In this document: in pieces, positions 1-9,546 of the stretch
Layout: the number at the start of each line of letters is the position of its first letter
Position numbering within the stretch: position 1 is the stretch's first letter
Assembly: GCA_963842525.1 (NCBI GenBank)
Contig: CAWJGT010000024.1
Coordinates: 64,001-128,000, forward strand
Direction of reading: 5' to 3'
DNA from: an uncultured Holophagales bacterium
GTDB lineage: Bacteria; Acidobacteriota; Thermoanaerobaculia; Multivoradales; UBA5704
Length of the DNA stretch: 64,000 nucleotides
Program-made: the position numbers and the translations under genes
The notes under the pieces: generated by a model
Databases searched by the model: none
What the model saw: the letters and a program-made list of their open reading frames with translations, nothing else
What the model was told of the DNA's origin: nothing

Positions 1-351
1 CTGCAGGCGCCACAGGCTGGCGAGCTCTTCGTGCAGGCGCTCCTGGTCCTGGACCGGCAGCACCTGGACGATCAGGTTGCTCTCCAGGGTCGTCCGGCGC
101 GCCGCGGCGGCGCCGCGGAAGAAGAGATAGCCGGGGAACAGCGGCAGGTGCGACACGAACGTCCGACCCGCGCGCCGCACCTGCTTTTCGGCCTGGGGCA
201 GATAGAATCCTACCCCCTGCTCCTTCAGGTGGCGCGCCAGCCCCTTCTCCTGCCGGCTCCGTACGTACACCGCCCACCAGGGACGGTCCACCGGCGACAG
301 CTCGAACAGGTTGGGGGGGAAGCAGTCGACTTCGCGCTTGAGGATCGGCAC
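1..351 (-). CDS. NusG-paralog transcription antiterminator (UpxY/RfaH/LoaP-like NGN domain), N-terminal part; runs off the window edge
   Basis: Not in the ORF track. Manual translation from GTG at 351 gives MPILKREVDCFPPNLFELSPVDRPWWAVYVRSRQEKGLARHLKEQGVGFYLP...SHLPLFPGYLFF, with the typical W-x-(A/V)-x-x-x-x-x-x-E-K and PLFPGY(L/V)F NGN motifs; adjacent to a polysaccharide locus. Confidence 0.85.
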   Translation of the reverse strand, partial: MPILKREVDCFPPNLFELSPVDRPWWAVYVRSRQEKGLARHLKEQGVGFYLPQAEKQVRRAGRTFVSHLPLFPGYLFFRGAAAARRTTLESNLIVQVLPVQDQERLHEELASLWRLQ

Positions 352-416
352 GTCGGGCTGAGGCTCTACTCCAAAGTTACGGCAGCAACAGATATCCGCG
401 AAAACGCGGCAGTATT

Positions 417-668
417 GTGTCAGAAGGGCGGGGGCAAGACAAGGAGGGGGTCGCAATCCGTGACGACCTCCTCGCAGCCGTCGACCGCGCCGCGCAATCG
501 CGTGGCGAGTCCAGGAACCGGTTCGTCATCCAAGTGCTCCAGCAGGCCGTTCGTGCGCGCCGTGATGCCGAGGTTACAAAGCGTCTGAACGATCTCTTTG
601 CCGATGTCGAGCCCAGGGAAGAACAGGCGCGCACGGTCTCCGGAGGGTTCCTGTCGGCGATCTGCTAG
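417..668 (+). CDS. Ribbon-helix-helix (CopG-like) protein, probable orphan antitoxin; start uncertain
   Basis: VAIRDDLLAAVDRAAQSRGESRNRFVIQVLQQAV fits the RHH pattern; no toxin gene follows. Confidence 0.55.
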   Translation: MSEGRGQDKEGVAIRDDLLAAVDRAAQSRGESRNRFVIQVLQQAVRARRDAEVTKRLNDLFADVEPREEQARTVSGGFLSAIC

Positions 669-742
669 GCCGGTAGTCCCGGCCGAGCGCCATGGCGTCG
701 CATGAAGAGGATACACCAGGAAGGCAAGGGGCACTCGTTCCC

Positions 743-3271
743 TCAACCCAACTCGTCGGCCGCCGGCAGGCCGAGTGCCGCCGCGCTCGCGCGGGCACGC
801 AGCAGAAGCGTTCGTAGCTGCTCCAGAGGAACATCTCGCATCGCGTTCCATTGCCGATAGGCCTCCGGCTGGTGCTGCGCCAGCTTCTCGAAGGTGGCCA
901 TCAGGTTGGGGTCTTCGAGGCGGACGATCAGCCGGTGAGCGAAGCGTTGCGCGAGGCTGACGTGGACCGGGCTTTCGTGATGAAAGGGGCTCGCGGGCGG
1001 GGATGGAGCGAAGCCATAGCCCGGTTGCCCGTCGAGATCGCGTGCCTGGTGTGCGAGGGCGCGGACAGAAAGGTGAATGAAGACCACGCTCTTCAGGGAC
1101 CTGGATGATACGCCGAGGAGCTCGGCCGCTGCGACGATCACTTTTGAATAGAGCACGAGCCGGCCTGTCGTGTCGTATTGACCAAGGAGGTTCCCCGTCA
1201 CCAACTCGCGGCGGTCCAGTCGCTCTCGGAGAAGGCGCCGCAAACCAGCAGCGGACGTCAGCAGCTTCCTGCCTTTGTCTCCAAGGTTCTTCTCGGCTTC
1301 CTCCAGAGTTACATGCCAGTTCCGCCGATCTTTCCTCAGTAGCTCTTCCCACAGAAGGAAAGGGGGCGTCTCATCGGAAAGCCCGAGGTTCTCGGCTTGG
1401 TCGCTATGACGCCGGTGGAGCCATTCAATGGGCGCCCAATCCTCGCGCTCGTCCGAGTGCTCGTCGTCTGCACGTCGCGAAGCCAGAATCTGACCTCCGG
1501 CGAGCGCGATCCGGTCAGGGTCGTAGCGGAGACCCATCAGGTCTTCGGCTAAGAGGCGATAGCCAGCCAGGCAAGGAGCTTGGCCTCGGTATTGGGTGTA
1601 TTTCAGAACCGCCTCGACCGGGAGGCGCCAGAAGAGTGGCGCGAATAGATCCTTCGCAACCCAATGATCCAGGTCTCCTCTGAACGGCCAATCATCCTTG
1701 AATTCGCGGTGCCACCGAACGGGAGCGGAAGGTGAAGCCTGGTGCAGAATGCGCGCCGCGAGCTCAGGCTCCTCTGTGGCTGCCAGCCCGTCGAGAACCC
1801 TGCGAGCTCGTGTGGGTCGCCAGGGTGGAATCCGGTGGACCGCCGCAACTGCGGCCATGTTTTCCCGCCACTCGCTGATCAGCCACGCCACGGCCTCGAC
1901 ATGACCATGGCGCAAGGAATCGAGCATCGCATCGACGGACTGATCCCCCACATCTGGGAGAAGGTCGAACTCTCTGGGCAAAGGCGGGTCCCATCGATCG
2001 GTGGGCCGTAGCGCGGCCTCGGCAGGACGACGGGCGTAGATCCGGCGCTCCACTCCATCCTTCTCGTTGCGGCAAAGGAGCACCAGACAACGCACGGTGG
2101 TGCTTTTATCCCAGAAAACCTTCGCCGCGTCCGCCTCCTCCTCTGTGACGTACTCCACAGCCATCAACGGTCGGCCGGCGTCGCTGTGGCAGACGAGGTC
2201 GGCGTAACGACTGCCTCGGGGACGATGCCCCTCAGATCCGTACAGAACCCCTTCCTCGATCGCGGATTCGTCCCAGGGAGCAAGGATATCGAAGAAACCG
2301 TGTTGCTCCCTCCGCCTGGTAAGATCCTCCTTGAGGGAGGCGACAGCCTCCAAACGCCCCAGCGCATCCTGGGCACGCTGGGCGGAGGAGGGAAAAAGCT
2401 CTCGGAACAACTCCAAGTACGACTTGTAGAGAGGGGAAAAAGCGCTCGCGGTGCTCTCACCACCAACGACTCGGTCCGCCGCGCCATGCATTTCATCATG
2501 GGGGAGGACGAAGGGCTTGCGTTCCTTGGCCTTTTTTTCCCTGGCTTCGCGTTCCTCCCCGAGCGCAAGCAGCCTTTCTACACCTGCCGCGAAAGGTCCC
2601 TCGCCGGGAGGCGAGGATGTCGCTCGGGCGAGCACCGGTACGATCCGGACCCGCCGCCGTTCTTTGGGTCTCGGCGCTGACTTCACCGCCTCAGCCACGG
2701 TGAGGGTCCCGTCCAGCGACTCCTGATTTGCAACGAACATGCAGACGACGGTGTCGGCGAGAATCGTGGTTGCAAGCCCCCCGAGCTCCGTCACTCCGGT
2801 GCGGGCATCGATCAAAAGGTAGTCCGGTTTGAGCTCCTCCTCGAGGCGAGCGTGCAAGTCGAGCAGGGGTAGCAGCCCTTGTCCGCTCGGATCGTCGAAG
2901 CGGACCTGCTCTCCAAGCTGCTTGAGCGCCGCCCAGTAGACCCGGTCCGGGGCCGGTCCCGCGGGCATCAGCCGCAGCCAGCCGCCCGAGCCCGGAGGCA
3001 CCGGGACCTCGATCATGTGTTCTTCCAGCGGAGGGGGAGACAGGGCTCCTTGAGCCGTCGCGACCAGGTAGGGAACGGCGCCGCCCATCCTCTCCGACGC
3101 ACCTTCATGGCTCGCCGCGCGGCCCAGCTTGTAGTGCAGCCCAGGTGCCTCGAAGTCGAGATCGAGGGCCACCACGCCCCTGCCGAGCGAAGCCAGAAAG
3201 CGCGCTGCGTTCGCCAGGAGCAGTGAGCGCCCGACTCCTCCCTTGTACGAGTAGAAGGCCAGCGTCTCCAC
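743..3271 (-). CDS. Multidomain ParA/MinD-like ATPase with deviant Walker A (KGGVGR), a central PD-(D/E)xK-like segment and a C-terminal degenerate zincin-like region
   Basis: N-terminal FYSYKGGVGRS, DLDFEAPG and LIDARTG; middle RYADLV...PLMAVEY; C-terminal LLGQY...LYS...VVFIHLSVRALAH..RDLDG. Confidence 0.8.
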   Translation of the reverse strand: METLAFYSYKGGVGRSLLLANAARFLASLGRGVVALDLDFEAPGLHYKLGRAASHEGASERMGGAVPYLVATAQGALSPPPLEEHMIEVPVPPGSGGWLRLMPAGPAPDRVYWAALKQLGEQVRFDDPSGQGLLPLLDLHARLEEELKPDYLLIDARTGVTELGGLATTILADTVVCMFVANQESLDGTLTVAEAVKSAPRPKERRRVRIVPVLARATSSPPGEGPFAAGVERLLALGEEREAREKKAKERKPFVLPHDEMHGAADRVVGGESTASAFSPLYKSYLELFRELFPSSAQRAQDALGRLEAVASLKEDLTRRREQHGFFDILAPWDESAIEEGVLYGSEGHRPRGSRYADLVCHSDAGRPLMAVEYVTEEEADAAKVFWDKSTTVRCLVLLCRNEKDGVERRIYARRPAEAALRPTDRWDPPLPREFDLLPDVGDQSVDAMLDSLRHGHVEAVAWLISEWRENMAAVAAVHRIPPWRPTRARRVLDGLAATEEPELAARILHQASPSAPVRWHREFKDDWPFRGDLDHWVAKDLFAPLFWRLPVEAVLKYTQYRGQAPCLAGYRLLAEDLMGLRYDPDRIALAGGQILASRRADDEHSDEREDWAPIEWLHRRHSDQAENLGLSDETPPFLLWEELLRKDRRNWHVTLEEAEKNLGDKGRKLLTSAAGLRRLLRERLDRRELVTGNLLGQYDTTGRLVLYSKVIVAAAELLGVSSRSLKSVVFIHLSVRALAHQARDLDGQPGYGFAPSPPASPFHHESPVHVSLAQRFAHRLIVRLEDPNLMATFEKLAQHQPEAYRQWNAMRDVPLEQLRTLLLRARASAAALGLPAADELG

Positions 3272-3277
3272 GGTCGA

Positions 3278-3694
3278 TCAGGCCGCCAGCCCGAAGGCGC
3301 CGCCCTGTTGGAGCCGGCGAGCCAGGACGCGAGCGTCGTCTACGCCGTGATGTCTTGCCGCGTAACGAAACCGGCTGGCGAGGGTCTGCGCATCCTCCTC
3401 CAGGATTGCGCGAAGCGCGGTCCGCAGGGTCTTGGGGGCGTGCTCCTCGGCGAGATAGCGCTGGGCCAGGGTCTGGGCGCGGGCGTAGTCCCGGGCCTTC
3501 AGTGCCGCCCGCACCGCACCTCGCCGGGCGATACGCCCTTCCGGCTGCGCGACGGGGAGGGCCGCCGCCAGCTCCTCCTCGAGCGACGAAACCTCCGCCC
3601 AGGCCAGTGGCGCGGAGCTGACTCCGTGCTCTTCGAGCTGTTCGGCGCGCCAGATAGCGGCGGTGACGAGCGAGTGCAGCACATCGGTGCTCAC
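3278..3694 (-). CDS. Hypothetical all-alpha protein (138 aa), second gene of the three-gene operon
   Basis: GTG start overlaps the upstream TGA (GTGA at 3691-3694); stop lies 6 bp before the ATPase start. Confidence 0.7.
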   Translation of the reverse strand: MSTDVLHSLVTAAIWRAEQLEEHGVSSAPLAWAEVSSLEEELAAALPVAQPEGRIARRGAVRAALKARDYARAQTLAQRYLAEEHAPKTLRTALRAILEEDAQTLASRFRYAARHHGVDDARVLARRLQQGGAFGLAA

Positions 3695-4212
3695 GGCCGC
3701 CTCGCCTTGGTTGAATGGAGAGCTGCCGCGGGCTCTTCGAACCCTACGACGCCGGCCCACCTTTGATCCACGTCCTCACTATTTGCAACCTGGCCGAGCT
3801 TCTCGGCGAGCCTGGGTGCGATCTCCCCACGGTCGACGCCACTGACTTCCAGCGCGACGACCTGGCGCGTACCCTCGCTCGTCTTTTCAAGAAGCCAATC
3901 GGCGTGCTCCTCGCGCTGCATCCGCCGCACGACGCGCCAGCCTCGATCCCGGTGCGCCAGAGCAAGCGCGACCGCCTCGGCGCCGTCCTCCGTCACTCGG
4001 TTGTAGTCATGTTGGTCCAGGCTGGCGAGATCGGAGCTGGCCCAAGAGAGCACCCCCTGGGTCACGACGCGCTCGAGATCCAGGCTGATCGCTGCTGGAG
4101 ACCCATGGCCGTTTCGCTGCAGGCCGAGTGCGGCGCGAGCCGTCATTACGAGGACGAGGTCTTCGGGTAGTCGTGGATGCATCTCGTGAAGCTCGCCGAG
4201 GTTGATCTCCAT
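3691..4212 (-). CDS. Putative PD-(D/E)xK restriction-endonuclease-fold protein (173 aa)
   Basis: True start is ATG 4212 (MEINLGEL...); motif spacing TEDGAEAVA...ADWLL...ALEVSG resembles E...D...E-x-S/K nuclease sites. Confidence 0.6.
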   Translation of the reverse strand: MEINLGELHEMHPRLPEDLVLVMTARAALGLQRNGHGSPAAISLDLERVVTQGVLSWASSDLASLDQHDYNRVTEDGAEAVALALAHRDRGWRVVRRMQREEHADWLLEKTSEGTRQVVALEVSGVDRGEIAPRLAEKLGQVANSEDVDQRWAGVVGFEEPAAALHSTKARRP

Positions 4213-4289
4213 ACCACTGAATCTTCGCCGGTTTTGGTGCGGCGAAGCAACCCCCGAGCCAGAGCGTCCAGAGCGTCGCTGGGGGTCCC

Positions 4290-5084
4290 TCAACCAGCCC
4301 CTGCCGCCGCCCGCCGGGCGATCTCCTCTTCGATCTCCGGCAGGAGCTGCGGCGGGGTGGCGATCAGGCTCGAGAGGAGCGGCTTCGGACGGTTGAAGCG
4401 GTGCTCCTCGGGGCTGCCGGCCACGATGGCGCCGCCGGCGGCGAGGACGAGGGCTACGCCCGCTGCCACGTCCCACTCGTGCTTGGGGACGAGGGTCCAG
4501 GTGGCGTCCGCCTGGCCGGAGGCGACCAGGCCCAGCTTGTAGGCGACCGAGCCGCAGGGCCGGATGGTGAACAGGTCCTCGCGGTAGCCTTCCCACTCCT
4601 TCCGCTTCACCTCGCTCCGGCTGGCCACGACGGTCGCGCCGGCGAGCCCCGGCCGGCCGCTGACGTTCACCGGCTGGCCGTTGCGGGTCACCCCCATTCC
4701 CCTGGCCCCCACGATCCGCTCGCCGGTCGCCGGGTTGCAGATCCCGCCGGCCACCGGCTCGCCGTCGACCACCAGGCCCACCGAGACGCACCACTCCGGG
4801 ATCCCCTCGACGAACTCGCGGGTGCCGTCGAGCGGGTCCACCACCCAGGCCCGCCGGCAATCGACCCGCGACAGGTCGTCCCGCGTCTCCTCCGAGAGCC
4901 AGCCCTCGCCGTCCTGCGGCAGGATGCGTTTCAACAGGGCATCCACAGCCAAATCCGCCTCGGTGACCGGGTCGTCCCCCTGCTTGCGCTTGGCTTCGAT
5001 ATCGCCGGGGGTGAAGCGCTGGAAGAGGGTGTACGCCTCCTCCAGCGCCCGTTCGATACGCGCCAGCTCGGCGCTCCAGCTCAC
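4290..5084 (-). CDS. cysQ: 3'(2'),5'-bisphosphate nucleotidase CysQ (inositol monophosphatase family)
   Basis: DPVTEAD, LSEE, WVVDPLDGTREF and EWDVAAG motifs; coupled to sat-cysC. Confidence 0.9.
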   Translation of the reverse strand: MSWSAELARIERALEEAYTLFQRFTPGDIEAKRKQGDDPVTEADLAVDALLKRILPQDGEGWLSEETRDDLSRVDCRRAWVVDPLDGTREFVEGIPEWCVSVGLVVDGEPVAGGICNPATGERIVGARGMGVTRNGQPVNVSGRPGLAGATVVASRSEVKRKEWEGYREDLFTIRPCGSVAYKLGLVASGQADATWTLVPKHEWDVAAGVALVLAAGGAIVAGSPEEHRFNRPKPLLSSLIATPPQLLPEIEEEIARRAAAGAG

Positions 5085-6871
5085 TGAGCCACCATGCTGG
5101 GTCCCAGATACCCCTCGCGCTCCAGGTGCAGCAGGATCTCCTGCGCCGCCTCCTCGGGGGAGAGCTGCGTGGTGTCGATCACCAGGTCGGCGTCGGCCGG
5201 CTCCTCGTAGGGGTCGGAGATACCGGTGAACTCCTTGAGGATGCCGGCGCGCGCCTTGGCGTAGAGCCCCTTGCGGTCGCGCTCCTCGCAGGTCTCGATC
5301 GGCGTGGCCACGTGGACCAGCATGAAGCCGCCGCCCGGCTCGATCAGGTGCCGCACCTCCTTGCGCACGGTGTCGTAGGGCGCGATCGGCGCGCAGATGG
5401 CGATGCCGCCGTTCTTGGTGATCTCCGAGGCCACGTAGCCGATGCGGCGGATGTTGATGTCGCGGTGCTCCTTGGAGAAATTCAGCTCCGAAGAGAGGTT
5501 CTTGCGCACGATGTCGCCGTCAAGGAGGGTCACCGGCCGCCCGCCCGCCTCCAGGAGCTTGACCAGCAGGACGCTCGCGATCGTCGACTTGCCGGCGCCC
5601 GACAGGCCGGTGAGGAAGACCGTGAAGCCCTGCTGGTGGCGCGGCGGATGGGTGCGCCGCAGCTCGTCGGCCACCTCGGGGAAGGTGAACCAGCCCGGCA
5701 GATCGCGCCCCTCCTGCAGGCGCTTGCGCAGCTCCGTGCCCGAGATGTCCAGCGTCCGTGAGCCTGCCGGCACCTCGTCCTGCGGCAGGTAGGTGTCGAG
5801 GTCCTCCACGTAGCTGAGCATCTGGAACGGCACCATCTCGACTCCCAGCTCCTCCTGGTGCTGGCGCAGCAGCTCCTGGGCGTCGTACGGGCCGTAGAAC
5901 GGCTTGCCCTGGGAGTCGTTGCCGGGGCCGGCATGGTCGCGGCCGACGATGAAATGGGTGCAGCCGTAGTTCTTGCGGATGAGGGCGTGCAGCACCGCCT
6001 CGCGCGGTCCGCCCATGCGCATGGCGAGCGGCAGCAGCGCCAGCTTCGCCGTGTGCTGCGGGAAGCGGTGCAGGACCGCCTGGTAGCAGCGCACCCGGGT
6101 GTAGTGGTCGAGGTCGCCCGGCTTGGTCATGCCCACGGTGGGGTGGATCAGGAGGTTGGCCCGCGCCTCTTTGGCCGCCCGCAGCGTCAGCTCGCAGTGC
6201 GCCCGGTGCATGGGGTTGCGGGTCTGGAAGGCCACCACCCGGCGCCAGCCCTCGCGGGCGATTTCGGTCCGCAGCTCGGCCGGGGCCGGGCGCAGCGCGC
6301 GGAAGTCGTAGTGCACGGGGAGCTGGAGCCCTTCGAGCCGGCCGCCGAGAGCCACCGGATGCGTGCGGTCGAGCAGGTACGCCACACCGGGGTGCTTGCG
6401 GTCGAGGGTGCCGAAGGTCGCCTGGGCGCTCGCCTCGCGGTCGAGGTCCCAGATCTCGTCGACGTGCAGGGCGGCCAGCATGACCCCCTCCGGGTCGCGC
6501 AGCGCCAGCACGCTGGTGCCCTGGCGCAGCTTGCCGGCCAGCTCGCGCGGGACGTCGAGCAGGATCGGGATCGGCCACAGGGTGCCGTCGGCCAGGCGCA
6601 TCCGCTCGCAGACCGCATCGTGATCGGCCTTGCCCATGAAGCTGCGGAGCGGCGAAAAGCCGCCGTTGAGCAGCAGCTCCAGGTCGCAGAGCTGGCGTCC
6701 GGTCAGGTCCCAGGAGGACCAGTCGCGGGACGCCGCCTTCAGCTCGGCGGCGCGGTCGGCGGTGGCCAGGAGGTCCACGAGCTCGCCGCCGTGGGGCTCG
6801 ATCAGATGGCTCGCCGGGCCGTCGGACGGCCGGTCGGAGCTCGGAATCGGAAATGGGGCAACGTTGGTCAT
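5081..6871 (-). CDS. sat: Bifunctional sulfate adenylyltransferase/adenylylsulfate kinase
   Basis: AFQTRNPMHRAH and VGRDHAG in the ATP sulfurylase domain; GLSGAGKST, LDGDIVR and FTGISDPYE in the APS kinase domain. Confidence 0.95.
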   Translation of the reverse strand: MTNVAPFPIPSSDRPSDGPASHLIEPHGGELVDLLATADRAAELKAASRDWSSWDLTGRQLCDLELLLNGGFSPLRSFMGKADHDAVCERMRLADGTLWPIPILLDVPRELAGKLRQGTSVLALRDPEGVMLAALHVDEIWDLDREASAQATFGTLDRKHPGVAYLLDRTHPVALGGRLEGLQLPVHYDFRALRPAPAELRTEIAREGWRRVVAFQTRNPMHRAHCELTLRAAKEARANLLIHPTVGMTKPGDLDHYTRVRCYQAVLHRFPQHTAKLALLPLAMRMGGPREAVLHALIRKNYGCTHFIVGRDHAGPGNDSQGKPFYGPYDAQELLRQHQEELGVEMVPFQMLSYVEDLDTYLPQDEVPAGSRTLDISGTELRKRLQEGRDLPGWFTFPEVADELRRTHPPRHQQGFTVFLTGLSGAGKSTIASVLLVKLLEAGGRPVTLLDGDIVRKNLSSELNFSKEHRDINIRRIGYVASEITKNGGIAICAPIAPYDTVRKEVRHLIEPGGGFMLVHVATPIETCEERDRKGLYAKARAGILKEFTGISDPYEEPADADLVIDTTQLSPEEAAQEILLHLEREGYLGPSMVAQ

Positions 6872-6984
6872 CGGGTGTTCCTTTTTTGCACAAAAGATGG
6901 CAATGGATCGGATAGGTCCCCCGGGGCCGGTGCGGCGCGGGAATTCCCTCGGACGCTTTAGAGGTGCCGGCAGGGCAGGGAAGA

Positions 6985-7036
6985 GGGACGAAAACCCCCC
7001 GGCCGCCCCTTGGTTGCAATCCCGGGGCCGGCGGGT
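6985..7036 (-). terminator. Possible intrinsic terminator downstream of 7052..7705
   Basis: GC-rich imperfect hairpin followed by GGGGTTTTCG on the minus strand, just after the stop. Confidence 0.35.
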
Positions 7037-7051
7037 GGAAGAGCGGAGGCG

Positions 7052-7705
7052 CTACGGCCGGGCGGGCGAGGGCTCCGGATCCTCGTCGGTGACGATCACA
7101 CCGATGACGCCGCTCGCGAAGGCGGGCACGAGGATCTTCGAGCGGTCCCACCAGACCACGGCGCAGGGGCCGCAGACGTCGTCCGAGCGCCGGATCCCCT
7201 GGGAGTTGATGCGGGTGACGATCCCCTTGCAGAGGAAGCCCACCACCTTGGCCCCCTGCTGCTCCGGCCGGGTCTCCCCGATCGTGAGGTTCTCGGCGAC
7301 CCCCCGCTCCTTCGGGCTCAGGCGGATCTCGCAGCCGTCGTCGACCGGGGCCTTTTTGGCCTCCGACCGGGCGCCGATGCGGCCCGCGGCGTCCACCATG
7401 GCGACGTAGTACTCGATCTCGGTGTTGCGCTTCTCGGGCTTCGCCGGGATACCCCACAAGCGCCGTCCGGGCTCGGACTCCATGGCCACCCAGTAGAAGT
7501 CGGTGGAGTCGTGGTTCTTCCAGCGGAAGTAGAGCCGCGGCGTCTGGCCGACCGGGTCCGCGGAGAGCGTCGCCCGGATCACGGCGTTGTCCTCCTGCGG
7601 CACGCACTTCAGCTCGTCGAGCGCCACGGTTGGCCCCGGCTGGGCCTGCGCGACGGCGCAGGTCAGCAGAAGGCAGGCAGGGATCAGGACCTTCCGGATG
7701 TTCAT
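7052..7705 (-). CDS. Secreted hypothetical protein (Ig-like beta-rich, Cys-containing)
   Basis: Signal peptide ending AQA-Q; GAGGAG RBS; TAGAAT -10 box upstream. Confidence 0.7.
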   Translation of the reverse strand: MNIRKVLIPACLLLTCAVAQAQPGPTVALDELKCVPQEDNAVIRATLSADPVGQTPRLYFRWKNHDSTDFYWVAMESEPGRRLWGIPAKPEKRNTEIEYYVAMVDAAGRIGARSEAKKAPVDDGCEIRLSPKERGVAENLTIGETRPEQQGAKVVGFLCKGIVTRINSQGIRRSDDVCGPCAVVWWDRSKILVPAFASGVIGVIVTDEDPEPSPARP

Positions 7706-7750
7706 GGCGGATCTCTCCTCAGAGAGTACATTCTACACCAAGGAGGGACG

Positions 7751-8797
7751 TCAAGGCTGACGCCGCCCAGAATTGCTCGGCACCGTGCCACCGCCGGCGG
7801 CCGGAGGCTCGCTGCCGAGGATCTTCTTCGTATACGAATCGATGTACGGGCTCCGTTGCAAATTGGGCAGGGAGCGCCGGAGCGCCTCGGCCGCCGCCTG
7901 CGCCTTGCCCGACTCGTAGAGGGAGACGGCGAGATAGAACAGCCGCTCCGGCTCGTCCTCGCCGGGCCCGCCGCCGTTCTGGAGGTAGGCGGCGGCCTCC
8001 TGCCAGCGCGACACCCGGTAGGCGGCCTCGCCGGCCAGGTGATGCGCTTCCCTGGAGTCGGGGTGCGCGTCGGCCACCTCGCGGGCGAGCTGGAAGGCCT
8101 GCCGCAGGTCGCGTGCCTTCTCCTTTTCCGCCAGGAGCTGCTTCGCCGTCGCCAGCTTCTTCTGCTCCTCTTCGGTGATCGGCGATGTGGGCCGCGGCCC
8201 GGCCGGAGCGACGGCAGGGGGTGTGGTGTTTGCGGGGTCCGCGGTCGTCCCGGGCGGCGCGGCGGGCGGGCTCGCCGCGGGCGGCTGGCTGCGGGGCTGC
8301 TCCCGGCCCCTCCGGTCCTGGACGGCGCCTTTGGCTGTCTGGGCCTCCGGCTTGCGCCCTGCCAGGGTGCGGAAGGCGGGCGGCGATCCGGCCAGGGTCG
8401 CCGCGGGAATGAGCGCGGCCAGCCGCGCCTCCAGGGCGCCGCGGACCTCCGGCGGGAGAGTGCTCTGGCTGTACGCCTGGAACCGCTCCTCCAGCACGAC
8501 GAGGCGCCGGAAGGTCTCGCGGAACCCCTCCCGGTCCGTGGCCTTGTCCTGGGCCAGGGCGAGGCGGGCGAGGCACTCCGCCAGCGCCACCGGCTCGTCG
8601 AGCATGCCGAAACAGGCCAGGCGCAGGCTCCTCGCCGCGATAGGGAAATTACCGCGGTCGTACTCGTGGATGCCGTCGCGCAGCAGCTCGAAGTAGGAGG
8701 GGTCGATGGCCCGCAGCGGGGCCGGGCTCAGCAGGACGGCAGCCAGGGCGGCGGCGCAGAGGACGAGTCTTGGCTTGATGGGCTTGATTGGCTTCAT
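7751..8797 (-). CDS. Secreted TPR-repeat protein with Pro/Ala linker
   Basis: Signal peptide; TPR-like helices such as AHHLAGEAAYRVSRWQEAAAYL and LFYLAVSLYESGKAQAA. Confidence 0.75.
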   Translation of the reverse strand: MKPIKPIKPRLVLCAAALAAVLLSPAPLRAIDPSYFELLRDGIHEYDRGNFPIAARSLRLACFGMLDEPVALAECLARLALAQDKATDREGFRETFRRLVVLEERFQAYSQSTLPPEVRGALEARLAALIPAATLAGSPPAFRTLAGRKPEAQTAKGAVQDRRGREQPRSQPPAASPPAAPPGTTADPANTTPPAVAPAGPRPTSPITEEEQKKLATAKQLLAEKEKARDLRQAFQLAREVADAHPDSREAHHLAGEAAYRVSRWQEAAAYLQNGGGPGEDEPERLFYLAVSLYESGKAQAAAEALRRSLPNLQRSPYIDSYTKKILGSEPPAAGGGTVPSNSGRRQP

Positions 8798-9546
8798 GCT
8801 TCACCTTCAAGGAGGTCCGGGGGAGGCGGCAGCGGCCGGTCCTCGATCACGGCGCGGGGGTGATCGAGGGTCAGCCGCTGCGCCATCTCTTCGCTCCAGC
8901 GCGCGGCGATCGTCTCGTAGGCGCGGCGCAGGCCGGGCGGGCGGCGGGCGGTGTCGTGCGAGTCGCTGGCCACGTAATGGACGAGCCCGTCCTCCAGCAG
9001 GCGGTGCGCGTCCAGCATGGGCCGGCGGCCGAAGTCGCCGGTGACGCTCATCGCCGTCACCTGCACGGTCGCGCCCAGGCGGACGAGGCGCTCCACCAGG
9101 CCCGGATCTGACCCCAGCCAGGGGATGAGCTCGGGATGGGCCAGGATCGGCCGCCAGCCGGCGACCGCGGTCTCGTGGACCAGGTGGAAGGCCTCGTCCG
9201 GGGTGCCGTGGACGGCGAGCTCGAGGAGCAGGTAGCGCGAGCCGGCGAGGCTCAGGATACCGCCGTCCGGCAGGCGCTGCACCTCGTCGAGGACCTCCGC
9301 GTCGGCGTGGACCTCGCCGCCCAGCAGCACGCGGAAACCGTCGCCCACCGCCTCCTGGAGCTCGCGGGCGAGGGCGCGCAGCCGGTCCCGGTCGTCGTTC
9401 CACCAGATGCCGCGGCGCTGGTGCGGGGTCGCCACCATGGCCTCGCAGCCCTGGGCGGCGGCCAGCCGGCACATGGCGACGGCCTCGGCGAGGCTCTGGG
9501 CGCCGTCGTCGACCCCCGGGAGGATATGGCAGTGCAGGTCGATCAT
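8794..9546 (-). CDS. PHP-family tyrosine-protein phosphatase (CpsB/CapC/YwqE)
   Basis: True start 9546: MIDLHCHILPGVDDGA, ATPH, LAHPE, ASDSH; TGATG overlap with the wzc stop. Confidence 0.92.
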   Translation of the reverse strand: MIDLHCHILPGVDDGAQSLAEAVAMCRLAAAQGCEAMVATPHQRRGIWWNDDRDRLRALARELQEAVGDGFRVLLGGEVHADAEVLDEVQRLPDGGILSLAGSRYLLLELAVHGTPDEAFHLVHETAVAGWRPILAHPELIPWLGSDPGLVERLVRLGATVQVTAMSVTGDFGRRPMLDAHRLLEDGLVHYVASDSHDTARRPPGLRRAYETIAARWSEEMAQRLTLDHPRAVIEDRPLPPPPDLLEGEA

